Shown piece after piece: positions 19,996 to 29,284 of a stretch of 41,482 nucleotides of DNA (positions are counted from its first letter, which is position 1; every line of letters begins with the position of its first letter). The position numbers and the translations under genes are program-made. This stretch comes from Christensenellales bacterium. GTDB taxonomy: Bacteria > Bacillota > Clostridia > Christensenellales > UMGS416. A model generated the notes under the pieces. It saw nothing but the letters and a program-made list of their open reading frames with translations. It ran no database searches and was not told where the DNA came from. The stretch covers positions 1-41,482 of the forward strand of contig JBMNNN010000002.1 in NCBI GenBank assembly GCA_050942555.1. The letters are read 5' to 3'.

Positions 19996-20274
19996 GAAGG
20001 ACATATGAAAAGTAAATCGTTATACATTCAAATGATTTTTCTGGTAATTGCCTGGACTTTCCGCAATGGGTCTCCATTATAAACATGTTAATCGTTACAC
20101 GTATTGGTGCTAATACGCTCGCATAAACCTATCGCGGGTTATGGACTGAAGTATCAAAAATATCTTGTTTCCGCTTAAATCTGTAATCCAGCTTACGCTT
20201 CCACCGGGTACTGGCGCATGTTTCACGGCGGGCGGGCGAAAGATAGAATATCATACCGATCGGAACGTGATGGA

Positions 20275-21195
20275 ATGACGCATGCGGATTGGCCGGTCCG
20301 ACCGATGGAGCCGGTTTCATCAGAAAGTGTGATCGACGAGGACGATACGCTCTACCAGGTGAAATGGGACGGCGTCCGTGTGCTGGCCTACATAGAAGAG
20401 AGCGGAGTGCGCCTTTTTAACCGGAACCTCCGCGAGAGAACCAGGCAATACCCGGAGCTTGTGGAACAGCTTTCGGCGCTGGATGGCGATACGGTGCTGG
20501 ACGGGGAGATCATCGCGCTCAACGAATACGGGAAGCCCGACTTCCCGCGGGTCCTCGAAAGGGATCTGGCGCGCGCCGTCCAGCCGGGCAGCCAATTTAT
20601 CGCCAGCCGCCCGGTTTATTATATGGTTTTTGACGTGCTGTGGTATCGCGGCGAGAACCTTTGCGATCGACCGCTGACCGAAAGGCTCGGGGTGTTGGAC
20701 AGTCTCGGTTTTGACGAGGGGTCGCTGATTCACCGGGTGGAAAGCGTCCCGGGAGCCGGGACGGCGCTTTTCGCCGCGGTGAAGAGCGAGGAGCTCGAGG
20801 GGATCGTGAGCAAGAAAAAAGACAGTCCCTACCGTATCGGGAAGAAATCCGAGCTGTGGCGCAAGGTCAAGTGTTTCCGACATATAACGGCGCTCGTAGG
20901 CGGATACCGGACGCAGGACGACCGTATCCGCTCTCTGCTTCTCGGAATTCCCCGGGAAGAAGGGTTGTTGTGCGTGGGGGCCGCTTCGACGGGAATCAGC
21001 GGCCGACAGTGGGAGTCGCTGCGCGTCTTGCTGCCAAAGATTAACGCGCCGTGTCCGTTCGTGAACCCACCGATGATGGACGGCGTCCGGTGGGTTCAGC
21101 CAGTTTTGCCGGTGCGCGTACGGTTTCTCGAGTATACGTCCAGAGGAAACATGCGCGCGCCGGTCATTACGGGATTTCCGGAGGGGATTCCATGA
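20275..21195 (+). CDS. ATP-dependent DNA ligase (LigD ligase-domain-only protein)
   Basis: The adenylation motif YQVKWDGVRV (KxDG) is present, along with EGIVSKK and WRKVK motifs. The start is uncertain because the ORF is open from 20218; I placed it at the ATG at 20275 (MTHADW). Confidence 0.8.
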   Translation: MTHADWPVRPMEPVSSESVIDEDDTLYQVKWDGVRVLAYIEESGVRLFNRNLRERTRQYPELVEQLSALDGDTVLDGEIIALNEYGKPDFPRVLERDLARAVQPGSQFIASRPVYYMVFDVLWYRGENLCDRPLTERLGVLDSLGFDEGSLIHRVESVPGAGTALFAAVKSEELEGIVSKKKDSPYRIGKKSELWRKVKCFRHITALVGGYRTQDDRIRSLLLGIPREEGLLCVGAASTGISGRQWESLRVLLPKINAPCPFVNPPMMDGVRWVQPVLPVRVRFLEYTSRGNMRAPVITGFPEGIP

Positions 21196-22070
21196 AGGAG
21201 CGGTCCGTATACGAAATCGAAGGGAAGGCCGTTACGTTTGGCAACCTCGATAAAATCTTTTTTCCGCAGATCAACGCGGCCAAGTCCGAGCTTATCGATT
21301 ATTATCTTAATATGGCCCCGTATATACTGCCGTATCTGCGGGGAAGGCCGTTTTCGATGCTGCACTATCCCGACGGTGTGGAGGGCAAATCCTTTTACCA
21401 GAAGCAGCGTCCCGACGACGCCCCCGAATGGCTTGCGGGCGTGCGTCTTCCCTCGGGAGAAAAGACAATCGACTGGTGCATCGTAAACGATCTTCCGAGC
21501 CTTCTTTATATGGTCAACCGCTCGTGCATCGAAACCCACGCGTGGTTTTCGCGCCTTCCCGATCTGGAGCGGCCCGATATCGCGGTATTTGATTTGGATC
21601 CCTCGGGCAGCGCCGGGTATGCCCAGGCGGTGTCGGCGGCGCTGCTCGTAAAGGAAGCGCTGGACGCCTGCGGGCTTTCGGGATTCCCGAAGCTGTCGGG
21701 GAAGTCGGGTATCCATGTCGTCGTTCCCATCGCGCCCGTACCCTTTGAAAGGGCGCGCAGTTTTCTGATGACGGTATGTAAGGGCATCGAGCGGATCGCG
21801 CCGGAGCGATACACGACGCAGCGCTCGATCGCCAAAAGAGGAGATCGGGTGTATCTGGATGCTGTGCAGAATGGCCGGGGAAAGACGCTGCCCTCTCCCT
21901 ACAGCGTGCGGGCGACACCCCAGGCGACGGTATCCGCACCTGTCACATGGGAGGAGCTGCGAGCGGGAGTGGGCCCGCTGGCGTTCACGATGCGCACGAT
22001 GCGGGCGCGCGTCGATTCGGCGGGCGATCTCTTCGCGCCGGTCTACACGCTCAGGCAGCCGCTGCCCTGA
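21192..22070 (+). CDS. LigD polymerase/primase-domain protein (NHEJ polymerase)
   Basis: KIFFP...K.ELIDYY...LPYLRGRPFSMLHYPDGVEGKSFYQKQ is typical of the LigD Pol domain. ATGA overlap with the ligase stop. Confidence 0.82.
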   Translation: MKERSVYEIEGKAVTFGNLDKIFFPQINAAKSELIDYYLNMAPYILPYLRGRPFSMLHYPDGVEGKSFYQKQRPDDAPEWLAGVRLPSGEKTIDWCIVNDLPSLLYMVNRSCIETHAWFSRLPDLERPDIAVFDLDPSGSAGYAQAVSAALLVKEALDACGLSGFPKLSGKSGIHVVVPIAPVPFERARSFLMTVCKGIERIAPERYTTQRSIAKRGDRVYLDAVQNGRGKTLPSPYSVRATPQATVSAPVTWEELRAGVGPLAFTMRTMRARVDSAGDLFAPVYTLRQPLP

Positions 22071-22073
22071 CGG

Positions 22074-22886
22074 TTACCGGGCTGCGGCCTGGTCGGTTTC
22101 CCGGTTTTGAGTGGCTTCGACGCTCTGGCGGAGCCGCTCCATGAGATCCACTACATTTCCGGCCGCCTGTATATCAGGCTGCTCAGCCAGCACGACCTGC
22201 TGTCCCTCGACCTTTGCGCGGATGAGGCGCAGCAGTTCCTCCCGGTAGGCGTCGTGGTATTTCCCGGGGTCAAACCGGCCGGTCAGGTTTTCCACAAGCC
22301 GTACGGCCATATCCATTTCCTCGGGACGCACCTCTACCCTTTGTGCGAGTTCCGCGATGCCCAGCTCGCCGGTATCGCGTATTTCGTCGGGGAAGAACAT
22401 CATCGACAGCGATATCGTATCGCAGATTAGCCGGATGAGGCACAGATGCTCCTTCTCCCGCAGCGTGACCTTCGCGACGGCGGCCTTGCCGGTCGCGCCC
22501 ATCGCGTCGCGCAGTATGAGATACGGCTTCTCCCCACCTTTTTCGGGCCAGAGATAGTAGGTCTTGTGAAAGAATATCGGGTCTACCTCTTTTACATCGA
22601 TGAAGTCCACGATATCGATATACTTTGCGCTCTTGACGGGAAGCGCGTCGAGCTCTTCCTCGGTGATCAGCACGAAACGGCCCGGTTCGTATTCATAGCC
22701 ACGGATGATGTCTTCATAGGGGACCTGCACGTTGCACTTGGAGCAGTAGCGTTTCTGGTTGATCGGCGTGTTGCAGGACTTGTGAAGCTGCCGGAATGAT
22801 ATGTTTTCACGGTGGGTTGCCGCACCCATTTTGACGGGCACGTTCAGCAGCCCGAAGCTGATTGCCCCTTTCCAAACAGTCTGCAT
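22074..22886 (-). CDS. ku: Ku protein (non-homologous end joining)
   Basis: MQTVWKGAISFGLLNVPVKM... is a canonical bacterial Ku N-terminus. RBS GAAGGAGGG is present. Its stop lies 3 nt from the convergent LigD-pol stop. Confidence 0.9.
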   Translation of the reverse strand: MQTVWKGAISFGLLNVPVKMGAATHRENISFRQLHKSCNTPINQKRYCSKCNVQVPYEDIIRGYEYEPGRFVLITEEELDALPVKSAKYIDIVDFIDVKEVDPIFFHKTYYLWPEKGGEKPYLILRDAMGATGKAAVAKVTLREKEHLCLIRLICDTISLSMMFFPDEIRDTGELGIAELAQRVEVRPEEMDMAVRLVENLTGRFDPGKYHDAYREELLRLIRAKVEGQQVVLAEQPDIQAAGNVVDLMERLRQSVEATQNRETDQAAAR

Positions 22887-23031
22887 GATGACCCTCCTTC
22901 TCTGCGATATAGATATATAGGCTTTTGTATTCTGCCCCGGGCCGGGGAGAATATGATGCCTGGAACTTCCAGAATGAACGGCCTATGACATGCCCAAAAT
23001 AAAGAAAACGAACGGAAAAGGAGACACGCCC

Positions 23032-23268
23032 ATGAAAAGAAATCCCGACGACCGCAGTGACAACGTGGAGCGGATACAGCACAACATCGACATGACCATC
23101 CGGAATATGCAGCTTGCGGACGAAATGATCGAAACGACTTCCGACGAAAAGATGAAGCAGGCGCTCATCGACAAGAACAGGAGAAGACGGCAGGCGCTCG
23201 AAGGCATGCGGCAGGAAATCCGGCAAGAGGCCGAGTACAGAATGCAGCAGGATCAGCAGCAGCAGTAG
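23032..23268 (+). CDS. tlp: small acid-soluble spore protein Tlp
   Basis: NPDDRSDNVERIQ... closely resembles the Bacillus Tlp N-terminal signature, followed by a charged helical remainder. The ATG at 23032 follows AAAAGGAGA. The track ORF from 22990 is probably an over-extension. Confidence 0.7.
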   Translation: MKRNPDDRSDNVERIQHNIDMTIRNMQLADEMIETTSDEKMKQALIDKNRRRRQALEGMRQEIRQEAEYRMQQDQQQQ

Positions 23269-23363
23269 CGAAATTCCGCTTCGGATCGCATGATACATAC
23301 ATGATACCACGGGCACACATGGGTTGCCGCGCGCATATGGATGAATTGAAAGGAGGGCTTCAC

Positions 23364-23546
23364 ATGAGTCCTGTGGTCATGAATCCCGAAGCGGCCAACG
23401 TTGCGCGCGCTGCGGTTCAGGGGAGCCGCCCCGACAGCGGGTGCCGGTGCTGCCTGATCATCAATATTATATTTCCGGACGACGTAACGATTAAGCAGGA
23501 GTGCGACAACGACATTCCGCTGTGTCCCCCGCAGCCGGCGAAATGA
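23364..23546 (+). CDS. hypothetical 60-aa cysteine-rich protein
   Basis: Strong RBS AAAGGAGGG lies 8 nt before the ATG at 23364. The terminator at 23593-23619 follows. The peptide is MSPVVMNPEAANVARAAVQGSRPDSGCRCCLIINIIFPDDVTIKQECDNDIPLCPPQPAK. I recognised no family. Confidence 0.5.
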   Translation: MSPVVMNPEAANVARAAVQGSRPDSGCRCCLIINIIFPDDVTIKQECDNDIPLCPPQPAK

Positions 23547-23592
23547 TGGCATTCCCGGCAGATAATCGATCCGATATCTGATACGGGGAGTC

Positions 23593-23619
23593 AAAGCCGG
23601 GTATGCGCCCGGCTTTTTC
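23593..23619 (+). terminator. rho-independent terminator
   Basis: Stem AAAGCCGGG/CCCGGCTTT with loop TATGCG, followed by a T-run. Confidence 0.75.
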
Positions 23620-23811
23620 TACACGCGGGCATGCGCACTTGCGTGTATAAACCAAATACGAAGTGCGTATCCGGGAAACGTTCCGGAATGGTTCAAACCT
23701 TGCTGCGCCCCTGGCCCGCTGAATACTTCCGAATTCATCCGCTGCATAGCCTTCCTGTGGGTAAATACCCGGAAAAACAAGCGGATCGCGCGATATAATC
23801 AAATATAAGGA

Positions 23812-23840
23812 TTGAAAACCTGAAAAAAATGTGGTATACT
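23812..23840 (+). promoter_or_regulatory. near-consensus extended -10 sigma-A promoter of the rimP-nusA-infB operon
   Basis: TTGAAA-N17-TATACT, with TGg immediately upstream of the -10 hexamer. Confidence 0.6.
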
Positions 23841-23863
23841 GTTTTTGCTGATTCACGGAGATC

Positions 23864-23887
23864 AAAGAGTGGGATAGCCCGCTCTTT
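23864..23887 (+). promoter_or_regulatory. leader hairpin (possible attenuator) upstream of rimP
   Basis: A 10-bp stem AAAGAGTGGG/CCCGCTCTTT (one G-U pair) with loop ATAG, followed by an interrupted U tract (TTTAATATTGTTG). Confidence 0.35.
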
Positions 23888-23934
23888 AATATTGTTGTCT
23901 ATGAGTGAGAATAATAGGTTTTGAGGTGAACCGC

Positions 23935-24414
23935 TTGCACCAAACGGTAGCCCGCCGGGCTATGGAAATCGCTGTCCCTGTTCTTGCGTCAATGGGTTAT
24001 GAACTGGTCGATGTTGAGTTTAAGAAGAGAGGAACGGAGTGGTTCCTCACATTTTTTATTGACAAGGAAAACGGAATCACGCTGGATGACTGCGAATCCG
24101 TAAGCTACGCGCTGGACAGCAAACTGGACGCGGATCCCGCCATCAGCGGGAAGCATGAACATCTGGTCATTTCTTCGCCTGGCCTGGACAGGCCGCTCAG
24201 GACTGATCGGGATTTCGAGCGCAAGGTCGGCTCGCAGCTGGATATCAGGCTGCGCGAGTCGGTCGAGGGCAGGAAAGCATTCACGGGGACGCTTCTCTCC
24301 TTCGAGGACGGCGTGCTCCGGTTCAGCGTCGGGAAGAAAATATATGCAATTGACAGAGACAATATCGCACTGACAAGGCTGCATCTGAACATGAACCTGG
24401 AGGGTGGAAAATGA
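23935..24414 (+). CDS. rimP: ribosome maturation factor RimP
   Basis: VPVLASMGYELVDVEFKKRGTEWFLTFFIDKENGITLDDCE is typical of RimP. The start is uncertain: the TTG at 23935 has RBS GAGGTGA 5 nt upstream, and the alternatives are GTG 23905, GTG 23926 and ATG 23962. Confidence 0.85.
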   Translation: MHQTVARRAMEIAVPVLASMGYELVDVEFKKRGTEWFLTFFIDKENGITLDDCESVSYALDSKLDADPAISGKHEHLVISSPGLDRPLRTDRDFERKVGSQLDIRLRESVEGRKAFTGTLLSFEDGVLRFSVGKKIYAIDRDNIALTRLHLNMNLEGGK

Positions 24415-25526
24415 ATGCAGAATTTATGTCCGCGCTCAATCAACTGGAGTATGAAAGAGGTATCTCGAAGGATGTAGTGCTGAGTGCCATTGAGTCGGCG
24501 CTTGCTGCCGCTTACAGACGCAACACCGGATCCACGCAGAATGTACGCGTTGAGATTAACAGGGAGACCGGGGAAACCCAGGTTTTCAGTCTTAAGCGCG
24601 TGGTGGAACATGTGACCGATCCCATCGAGGAGATCTCTCTGGAGGACGCCCGGAAAAAGAATAAGAAATTTCAGCTCAATGATCTTTTTGAGATCTGTGT
24701 AACGCCCAAGGAATTCGGCCGCATCGCGGCGCAGACCGCCAAGCAGATTGTCGTCCAGCGCATACGCGAAGCCGAGCGCAGCATGATATTCGACGAGTTC
24801 TCCCAGAAGGAAAACGAGATCGTAAACGCAGTCGTGCAGCGCGTCGAGAGGAATCATGTGTATGTGCAGATCGGCAGGACCGAAGCCGCGCTGCCCCCGT
24901 CCGAGCGGATGGACACCGAGCGCTACTACCCGAACGACCGGATTAAGGTCTATGTGGTCGAGGTCCGCAAAACCAATAAAGGCCCGCAGATCATCGTGTC
25001 GCGGTCTCATCCCGGGCTTGTGAAGCGGCTTTTTGAAAACGAGGTGCCCGAGATACAGACCGGCATCGTGCAGATATACAGCATAGCGCGGGAAGCCGGA
25101 CAGCGCACAAAAATAGCGGTATTTTCAAAGGATCCCGATGTGGACCCGATCGGGGCATGCGTGGGACAGAGGGGCGTTCGCGTAGAGCGGGTGGTAGAGG
25201 AACTTCGCGGAGAGAAAATCGATATCATAAAGTGGAGTCCTGATATGATCGAGTTCATCGCGAATTCATTGAGCCCTGCGCGCGTGGTGATGGTGCAGCT
25301 GCTGGAGAGCGAGAAGATCGCCAAGGTCATCGTTCCCGACAACCAGCTGTCTCTGGCCATCGGAAAAGAAGGACAGAACGCCCGCCTCGCGGCAAAACTC
25401 ACCGGGTGGAAGATCGATATCAAAAGCCAGAGCCAGTCGATGGATATGATCGACGAGTTGATCGACGAGATGGGTAACGACTTCGACGAGCAGGACGATC
25501 AATTCGCGGAGGAGATTGAATTCTGA
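24411..25526 (+). CDS. nusA: transcription termination/antitermination factor NusA
   Basis: The N-terminal domain, S1 domain and two KH domains are recognisable (GACVGQRGVRV and AIGKEGQNARLAAKLTGWKIDI). ATGA overlap with rimP. Confidence 0.93.
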   Translation: MNAEFMSALNQLEYERGISKDVVLSAIESALAAAYRRNTGSTQNVRVEINRETGETQVFSLKRVVEHVTDPIEEISLEDARKKNKKFQLNDLFEICVTPKEFGRIAAQTAKQIVVQRIREAERSMIFDEFSQKENEIVNAVVQRVERNHVYVQIGRTEAALPPSERMDTERYYPNDRIKVYVVEVRKTNKGPQIIVSRSHPGLVKRLFENEVPEIQTGIVQIYSIAREAGQRTKIAVFSKDPDVDPIGACVGQRGVRVERVVEELRGEKIDIIKWSPDMIEFIANSLSPARVVMVQLLESEKIAKVIVPDNQLSLAIGKEGQNARLAAKLTGWKIDIKSQSQSMDMIDELIDEMGNDFDEQDDQFAEEIEF

Positions 25527-25807
25527 TGCGGCAGAGAAAGGTGCCGATGCGGATGTGCGTGGGGTGTCGGGAGAAGATGCCCAAACGCTCGCTGATTCGC
25601 GTGGTGCGCGACACCGAGGGCGTCGTGCGCGTCGATGCCACGGGCAAGGTGTCGGGCCGGGGCGCGTACCTGTGTCCGGGGTCTGCGGCATGCCTGAAGC
25701 GCGCGATGAAATCGAAGCTGCTGGAGAAGAACCTGGGCGCTCCGGTAGACGAAGCCCTGTACAGGGATCTGGAAAGGCAGATACAGAAAACCGATGAATG
25801 CGACTGA
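25526..25807 (+). CDS. rnpM: YlxR/RnpM (DUF448) RNA-binding protein
   Basis: RMCVGCREKMPKRSLIRVV...GRGAYLC is characteristic. The start shares one base with the nusA stop (TGATG). Confidence 0.85.
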   Translation: MRQRKVPMRMCVGCREKMPKRSLIRVVRDTEGVVRVDATGKVSGRGAYLCPGSAACLKRAMKSKLLEKNLGAPVDEALYRDLERQIQKTDECD

Positions 25808-26129
25808 ATCCGCTCTGGGATTAGCCCGCAAGGCCGGAAAGTGTCTGGCGGGAACCGAAATCTGCCGCAAGGCGATCCGCGGCCGCAAAGCCTGTCTGGT
25901 TCTCCTGGACGCGACCACGGGCAAATCGACGCGCGAAAGCATTGAGGCGCTGGCGCGGACCCATGCGATTCCGCTGCGGGTTCTGGACGAATCGATCCGG
26001 CTGGAAAACGCGCTGGGCAAGCCCAACGCCAAGGTTGCAGTCATAACGGATCCCGGTTTTTTAAAGATTTTTGGCGGAGCCGATCAATCAAGCAAGGTCA
26101 AATCCCACGGGGGTGCGGAGAAGGAATGA
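25794..26129 (+). CDS. ylxQ: L7Ae-family RNA-binding protein YlxQ
   Basis: LGLARKAGKCLAGTEICRKAIRGRKACLVLLDATT is characteristic, and the position between ylxR and infB is conserved. Confidence 0.8.
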   Translation: MNATESALGLARKAGKCLAGTEICRKAIRGRKACLVLLDATTGKSTRESIEALARTHAIPLRVLDESIRLENALGKPNAKVAVITDPGFLKIFGGADQSSKVKSHGGAEKE

Positions 26130-28894
26130 GTAAAACGAACGTACACAAGATAGCCGAAGACCTCTACGCTGCTTCAGCCAGCCTGGCCGAGAAGGTTCGG
26201 GGGGACCGTCTCGCGCTGCAGAGCCATCTGAATATGTTGCGCGATCTGGAGACCCGCATCAGGGCGCATATCAGGGAGGAGCAGATCCGGCAGCGCGCCG
26301 CTGCGGAGGCGGAGGCCGCCGCAAGGGCAGCGGAGGAAGCGCTTCAGGCTGCCGCCGCGCAGGAGCAGGAGCCTGACAAGCCGGTCGAAACTGCCGCGAT
26401 ACACGATGCGCCGCAGAAAGAAGCGGAGCTCGGGCAGACCGCCGTACAGGATCCGGCTGCTCCCAAAGAGGATAAGGCGCAGCGGAAATCCGAGCAAGCA
26501 GCGGAGGCGCCCCCCACTCATGAAGCGGAAGCAAAACCCGTTCCTTCCGAGCCCCAGCAACCCGTGGCCAGAGATGAACTGAAGCTTCCAGAGAGCGAGC
26601 AGCTCTCGAAAGACGCAGAGGCGCAGCGCAAAACGGGCGCCCCACCCGCAGCGCGTACGCAGCGCCGCGAAGGAGCCCCCCGCCCGTCGAGCACGCCCGG
26701 CGCATATTCTACGGAAAGAGCGGCGCAGCCCGGAGGCGGACGCAGATCCGCGCCTTTGCCCCGCGCGGCTGGTGCCCAGGCTTCCCGCCGGGAGGGATTT
26801 GCAACACGCGCACCGGGCCAGACGCAGCCGCCCCGCGGACCGCGTACCGGCGCGGCGGCAGGTCGACCGCGACCCGGCGGATCGGGCCGTACGACCGATC
26901 CGCTTAATTTAAGGAAGCTCACAAAGGAGCTTGCGCCCGTACAGGAAAAGGAAAGGGCCAGCAACTATAATCCCAACAAAAAGGCGTACGCCCGTGATAA
27001 GGATATCACGTCGGCCAGGGCAAGGAAGAATAAAAAGCAGCTGATGCGCGAGCAGGCGCCATTCTTCAATGATGAAGAGATCCGCTTCCGCAAGAAGCGC
27101 CGCAGACAGCAGCAGATACGGGGCATCGAGAAAAAGGTGATCGAACATGCCGTCATCAGTACCGAGATGGTGTCTATTAAGGCGCTGTCCGAGAAAATCG
27201 GCGTGCCAGCCGCTGAAATCATTAAAAAGCTGCTTCTCTTGGGGACGATCGCCACTATCAACCAGGAGATCGACTTCGACACGGCGGTACTTATTGCCGG
27301 TGAGTTCAATGTGACGCTGGAACAGAAGCTCGAAAAGACATACGAAGAAGTCATGATGGACAGCTTTATCGACGAGGACGAGAGCGGGCTTGTCGAGCGG
27401 CCGCCTGTCGTGACGATCATGGGACATGTCGACCACGGAAAGACCTCGCTGCTCGACGTATTACGCCAGAGCCGCGTGGCTGAAACCGAGGCCGGTGGTA
27501 TCACGCAGCATATCGGCGCGTACATGATCAACGTGGACGGTAAGGCTATCACGTTCCTCGATACGCCGGGTCACGAGGCATTCACGGCCATGCGCTCCCG
27601 CGGGGCGCAGGTAACCGATATTGCGGTTCTTGTGGTGGCGGCCAACGATGGCGTCAAACCCCAGACCATCGAGGCGATCAACCACGCCAGGGCCGCAAAG
27701 GTTCCCATCATCGCGGCCATTAACAAGATGGATCTTCCGGCGGCCGACGCCGACCGCGTCAGGCGGGAACTGATGGAACATGGCCTCGTACCCGAGGAAT
27801 GGGGCGGCGACAACATGATGGTCGAGGTCTCCGCGCACACTGGGATGGGCATAGACAAGCTGCTGGAAAGCATACTGCTGTTGGCTGAAATCGAGGATCT
27901 GACGGCCAATCCCGATGCGCGGGCTACCGGCACCGTCATCGAAGCCAAGCTCGACCGCGGACGCGGCCCGGTAGCGACTGTGATCATAAGTAATGGCACG
28001 CTGCGTATCGGAGACACGGTCGTGGCGGGAACCACCAGCGGGCGCATCCGGGACATGCTCGACGAATCGGGCAACCATGTCGAGGAGGCCACTCCTTCGA
28101 TGCCCGTGGAAATCGTCGGATTCTCTCAGGTGCCCGAGGCTGGCGACATACTGTACACCGCGGAGGGCGACAGATTGGCCCGCCGTGTCGCGCAGGAGCG
28201 GGAGGAGAGAATCAAGGTCGAGCGCATGAAGGCGGCCTCCAAGGTCACGCTGGACGATCTGTTCTCGAAGATAGCCGAGGATGAAATAAAGACCATCAAC
28301 ATCATCGTCCGCGGCGATGTACAGGGATCGGTCGAGGCAGTCAAGCAGGCTCTGGAGAAGCTTTCCACCGATGAGGTAAAAATTCAGTGCATCCATGATG
28401 GAGTAGGCGCGATCACCGAGAATGACGTCATGCTGGCATCGGCATCCGACGCGATCATCATCGGATTCAATGTCCGTCCCGACGCGAACGGTCGGGAAGC
28501 GGCGGATCGTGAAAAGGTGGATGTCCGCCTTTACCGGATCATATACAATGCCATCGAGGATATGCAAAAAGCGATCAGGGGGATGCTGGCTCCGGAAATC
28601 ATGGAGACGGTGCTAGGTCACGCCCAGGTCCGCGATGTATTCCACATAACGGGAGTAGGTACGGTCGCGGGCGGGTATGTCACCGACGGAGTCATACGCC
28701 GGAACGCGAAAGTGCGCATACTGCGCGACAGCGTGGTCATTCACGAGGGTATGCTATCATCGCTTAAGCGATTCAAGGATGATGTGCGCGAAGTAGCATC
28801 GGGCTATGAGTGCGGAATTGGCGTGAGCGGGTTCAATGACATCAAGCAGGATGATGTCATCGAGGCCTACATCATGGAAGAAATCCAAAGATAA
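26126..28894 (+). CDS. infB: translation initiation factor IF-2
   Basis: The G domain shows [20 protein letters not shown] and NKMD. The N-terminal region is long and Ala/Glu/Pro/Arg-rich. ATGA overlap with ylxQ. Confidence 0.95.
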   Translation: MSKTNVHKIAEDLYAASASLAEKVRGDRLALQSHLNMLRDLETRIRAHIREEQIRQRAAAEAEAAARAAEEALQAAAAQEQEPDKPVETAAIHDAPQKEAELGQTAVQDPAAPKEDKAQRKSEQAAEAPPTHEAEAKPVPSEPQQPVARDELKLPESEQLSKDAEAQRKTGAPPAARTQRREGAPRPSSTPGAYSTERAAQPGGGRRSAPLPRAAGAQASRREGFATRAPGQTQPPRGPRTGAAAGRPRPGGSGRTTDPLNLRKLTKELAPVQEKERASNYNPNKKAYARDKDITSARARKNKKQLMREQAPFFNDEEIRFRKKRRRQQQIRGIEKKVIEHAVISTEMVSIKALSEKIGVPAAEIIKKLLLLGTIATINQEIDFDTAVLIAGEFNVTLEQKLEKTYEEVMMDSFIDEDESGLVERPPVVTIMGHVDHGKTSLLDVLRQSRVAETEAGGITQHIGAYMINVDGKAITFLDTPGHEAFTAMRSRGAQVTDIAVLVVAANDGVKPQTIEAINHARAAKVPIIAAINKMDLPAADADRVRRELMEHGLVPEEWGGDNMMVEVSAHTGMGIDKLLESILLLAEIEDLTANPDARATGTVIEAKLDRGRGPVATVIISNGTLRIGDTVVAGTTSGRIRDMLDESGNHVEEATPSMPVEIVGFSQVPEAGDILYTAEGDRLARRVAQEREERIKVERMKAASKVTLDDLFSKIAEDEIKTINIIVRGDVQGSVEAVKQALEKLSTDEVKIQCIHDGVGAITENDVMLASASDAIIIGFNVRPDANGREAADREKVDVRLYRIIYNAIEDMQKAIRGMLAPEIMETVLGHAQVRDVFHITGVGTVAGGYVTDGVIRRNAKVRILRDSVVIHEGMLSSLKRFKDDVREVASGYECGIGVSGFNDIKQDDVIEAYIMEEIQR

Positions 28895-28909
28895 AGGGGT
28901 TGTTGCCCA

Positions 28910-29284
28910 ATGGCGGGTCACCGTACAGACCGATTGGCGGAGGAGATCAAGCGCCTGGTCAGCGCCATCCTGCGCGACGAGCTCAAGGATCCCGATATAC
29001 CGGCGATGACCAGCGTGCTCACGGTGGATGTGACCCGTGATCTGCGGTATGCAAAGGTGCGGGTCAGCGTGATGGGCAGCCAGGAAGAGCAGGAGAAGGC
29101 GATCCGGGCGCTTACGCGCTCACAGGGCTATGTCCGCCATCTGGTTTCGGATCAATTGACCGTACGCTATATTCCCGAAATCGTGTTCGAGCTGGATCAG
29201 TCCATTTCTCACAGCATTCGGGTCAGCCAGATACTCAGCGACCTGAAGAAAAGTGAAAATGAAAAGCAACCTTCCGATACCTGA
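28910..29284 (+). CDS. rbfA: ribosome-binding factor A
   Basis: RLAEEIKRLVSAILRDELKDP...TVDVTRDLRYAKV is characteristic. Confidence 0.9.
   Translation: MAGHRTDRLAEEIKRLVSAILRDELKDPDIPAMTSVLTVDVTRDLRYAKVRVSVMGSQEEQEKAIRALTRSQGYVRHLVSDQLTVRYIPEIVFELDQSISHSIRVSQILSDLKKSENEKQPSDT

Noticed and set aside
19996-20274. Scan for sigma-G/sigma-F promoters upstream of the ligase gene, and upstream of ku on the minus strand of 22887-22990.
   Set aside because: GHATR-like pentamers are present (for example GCATA and GAATA), but none has a CATnnTA-like -10 element at 17-18 nt. I make no call without a position weight matrix.
20129-20320. 63-aa minus-strand ORF in the spacer upstream of the DNA ligase gene.
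   Set aside because: It has no RBS, overlaps the ligase 5' region and shows no recognisable features. It is probably a chance ORF in the AT-rich spacer.
26280-27000. Ala/Glu/Pro/Arg/Gly-rich low-complexity stretch, with several overlapping alternative-frame ORFs, considered as a possible inserted repeat element.
   Set aside because: It is the usual variable N-terminal region of IF-2, in frame with and continuous with the conserved G domain. I could see no direct nucleotide repeats.
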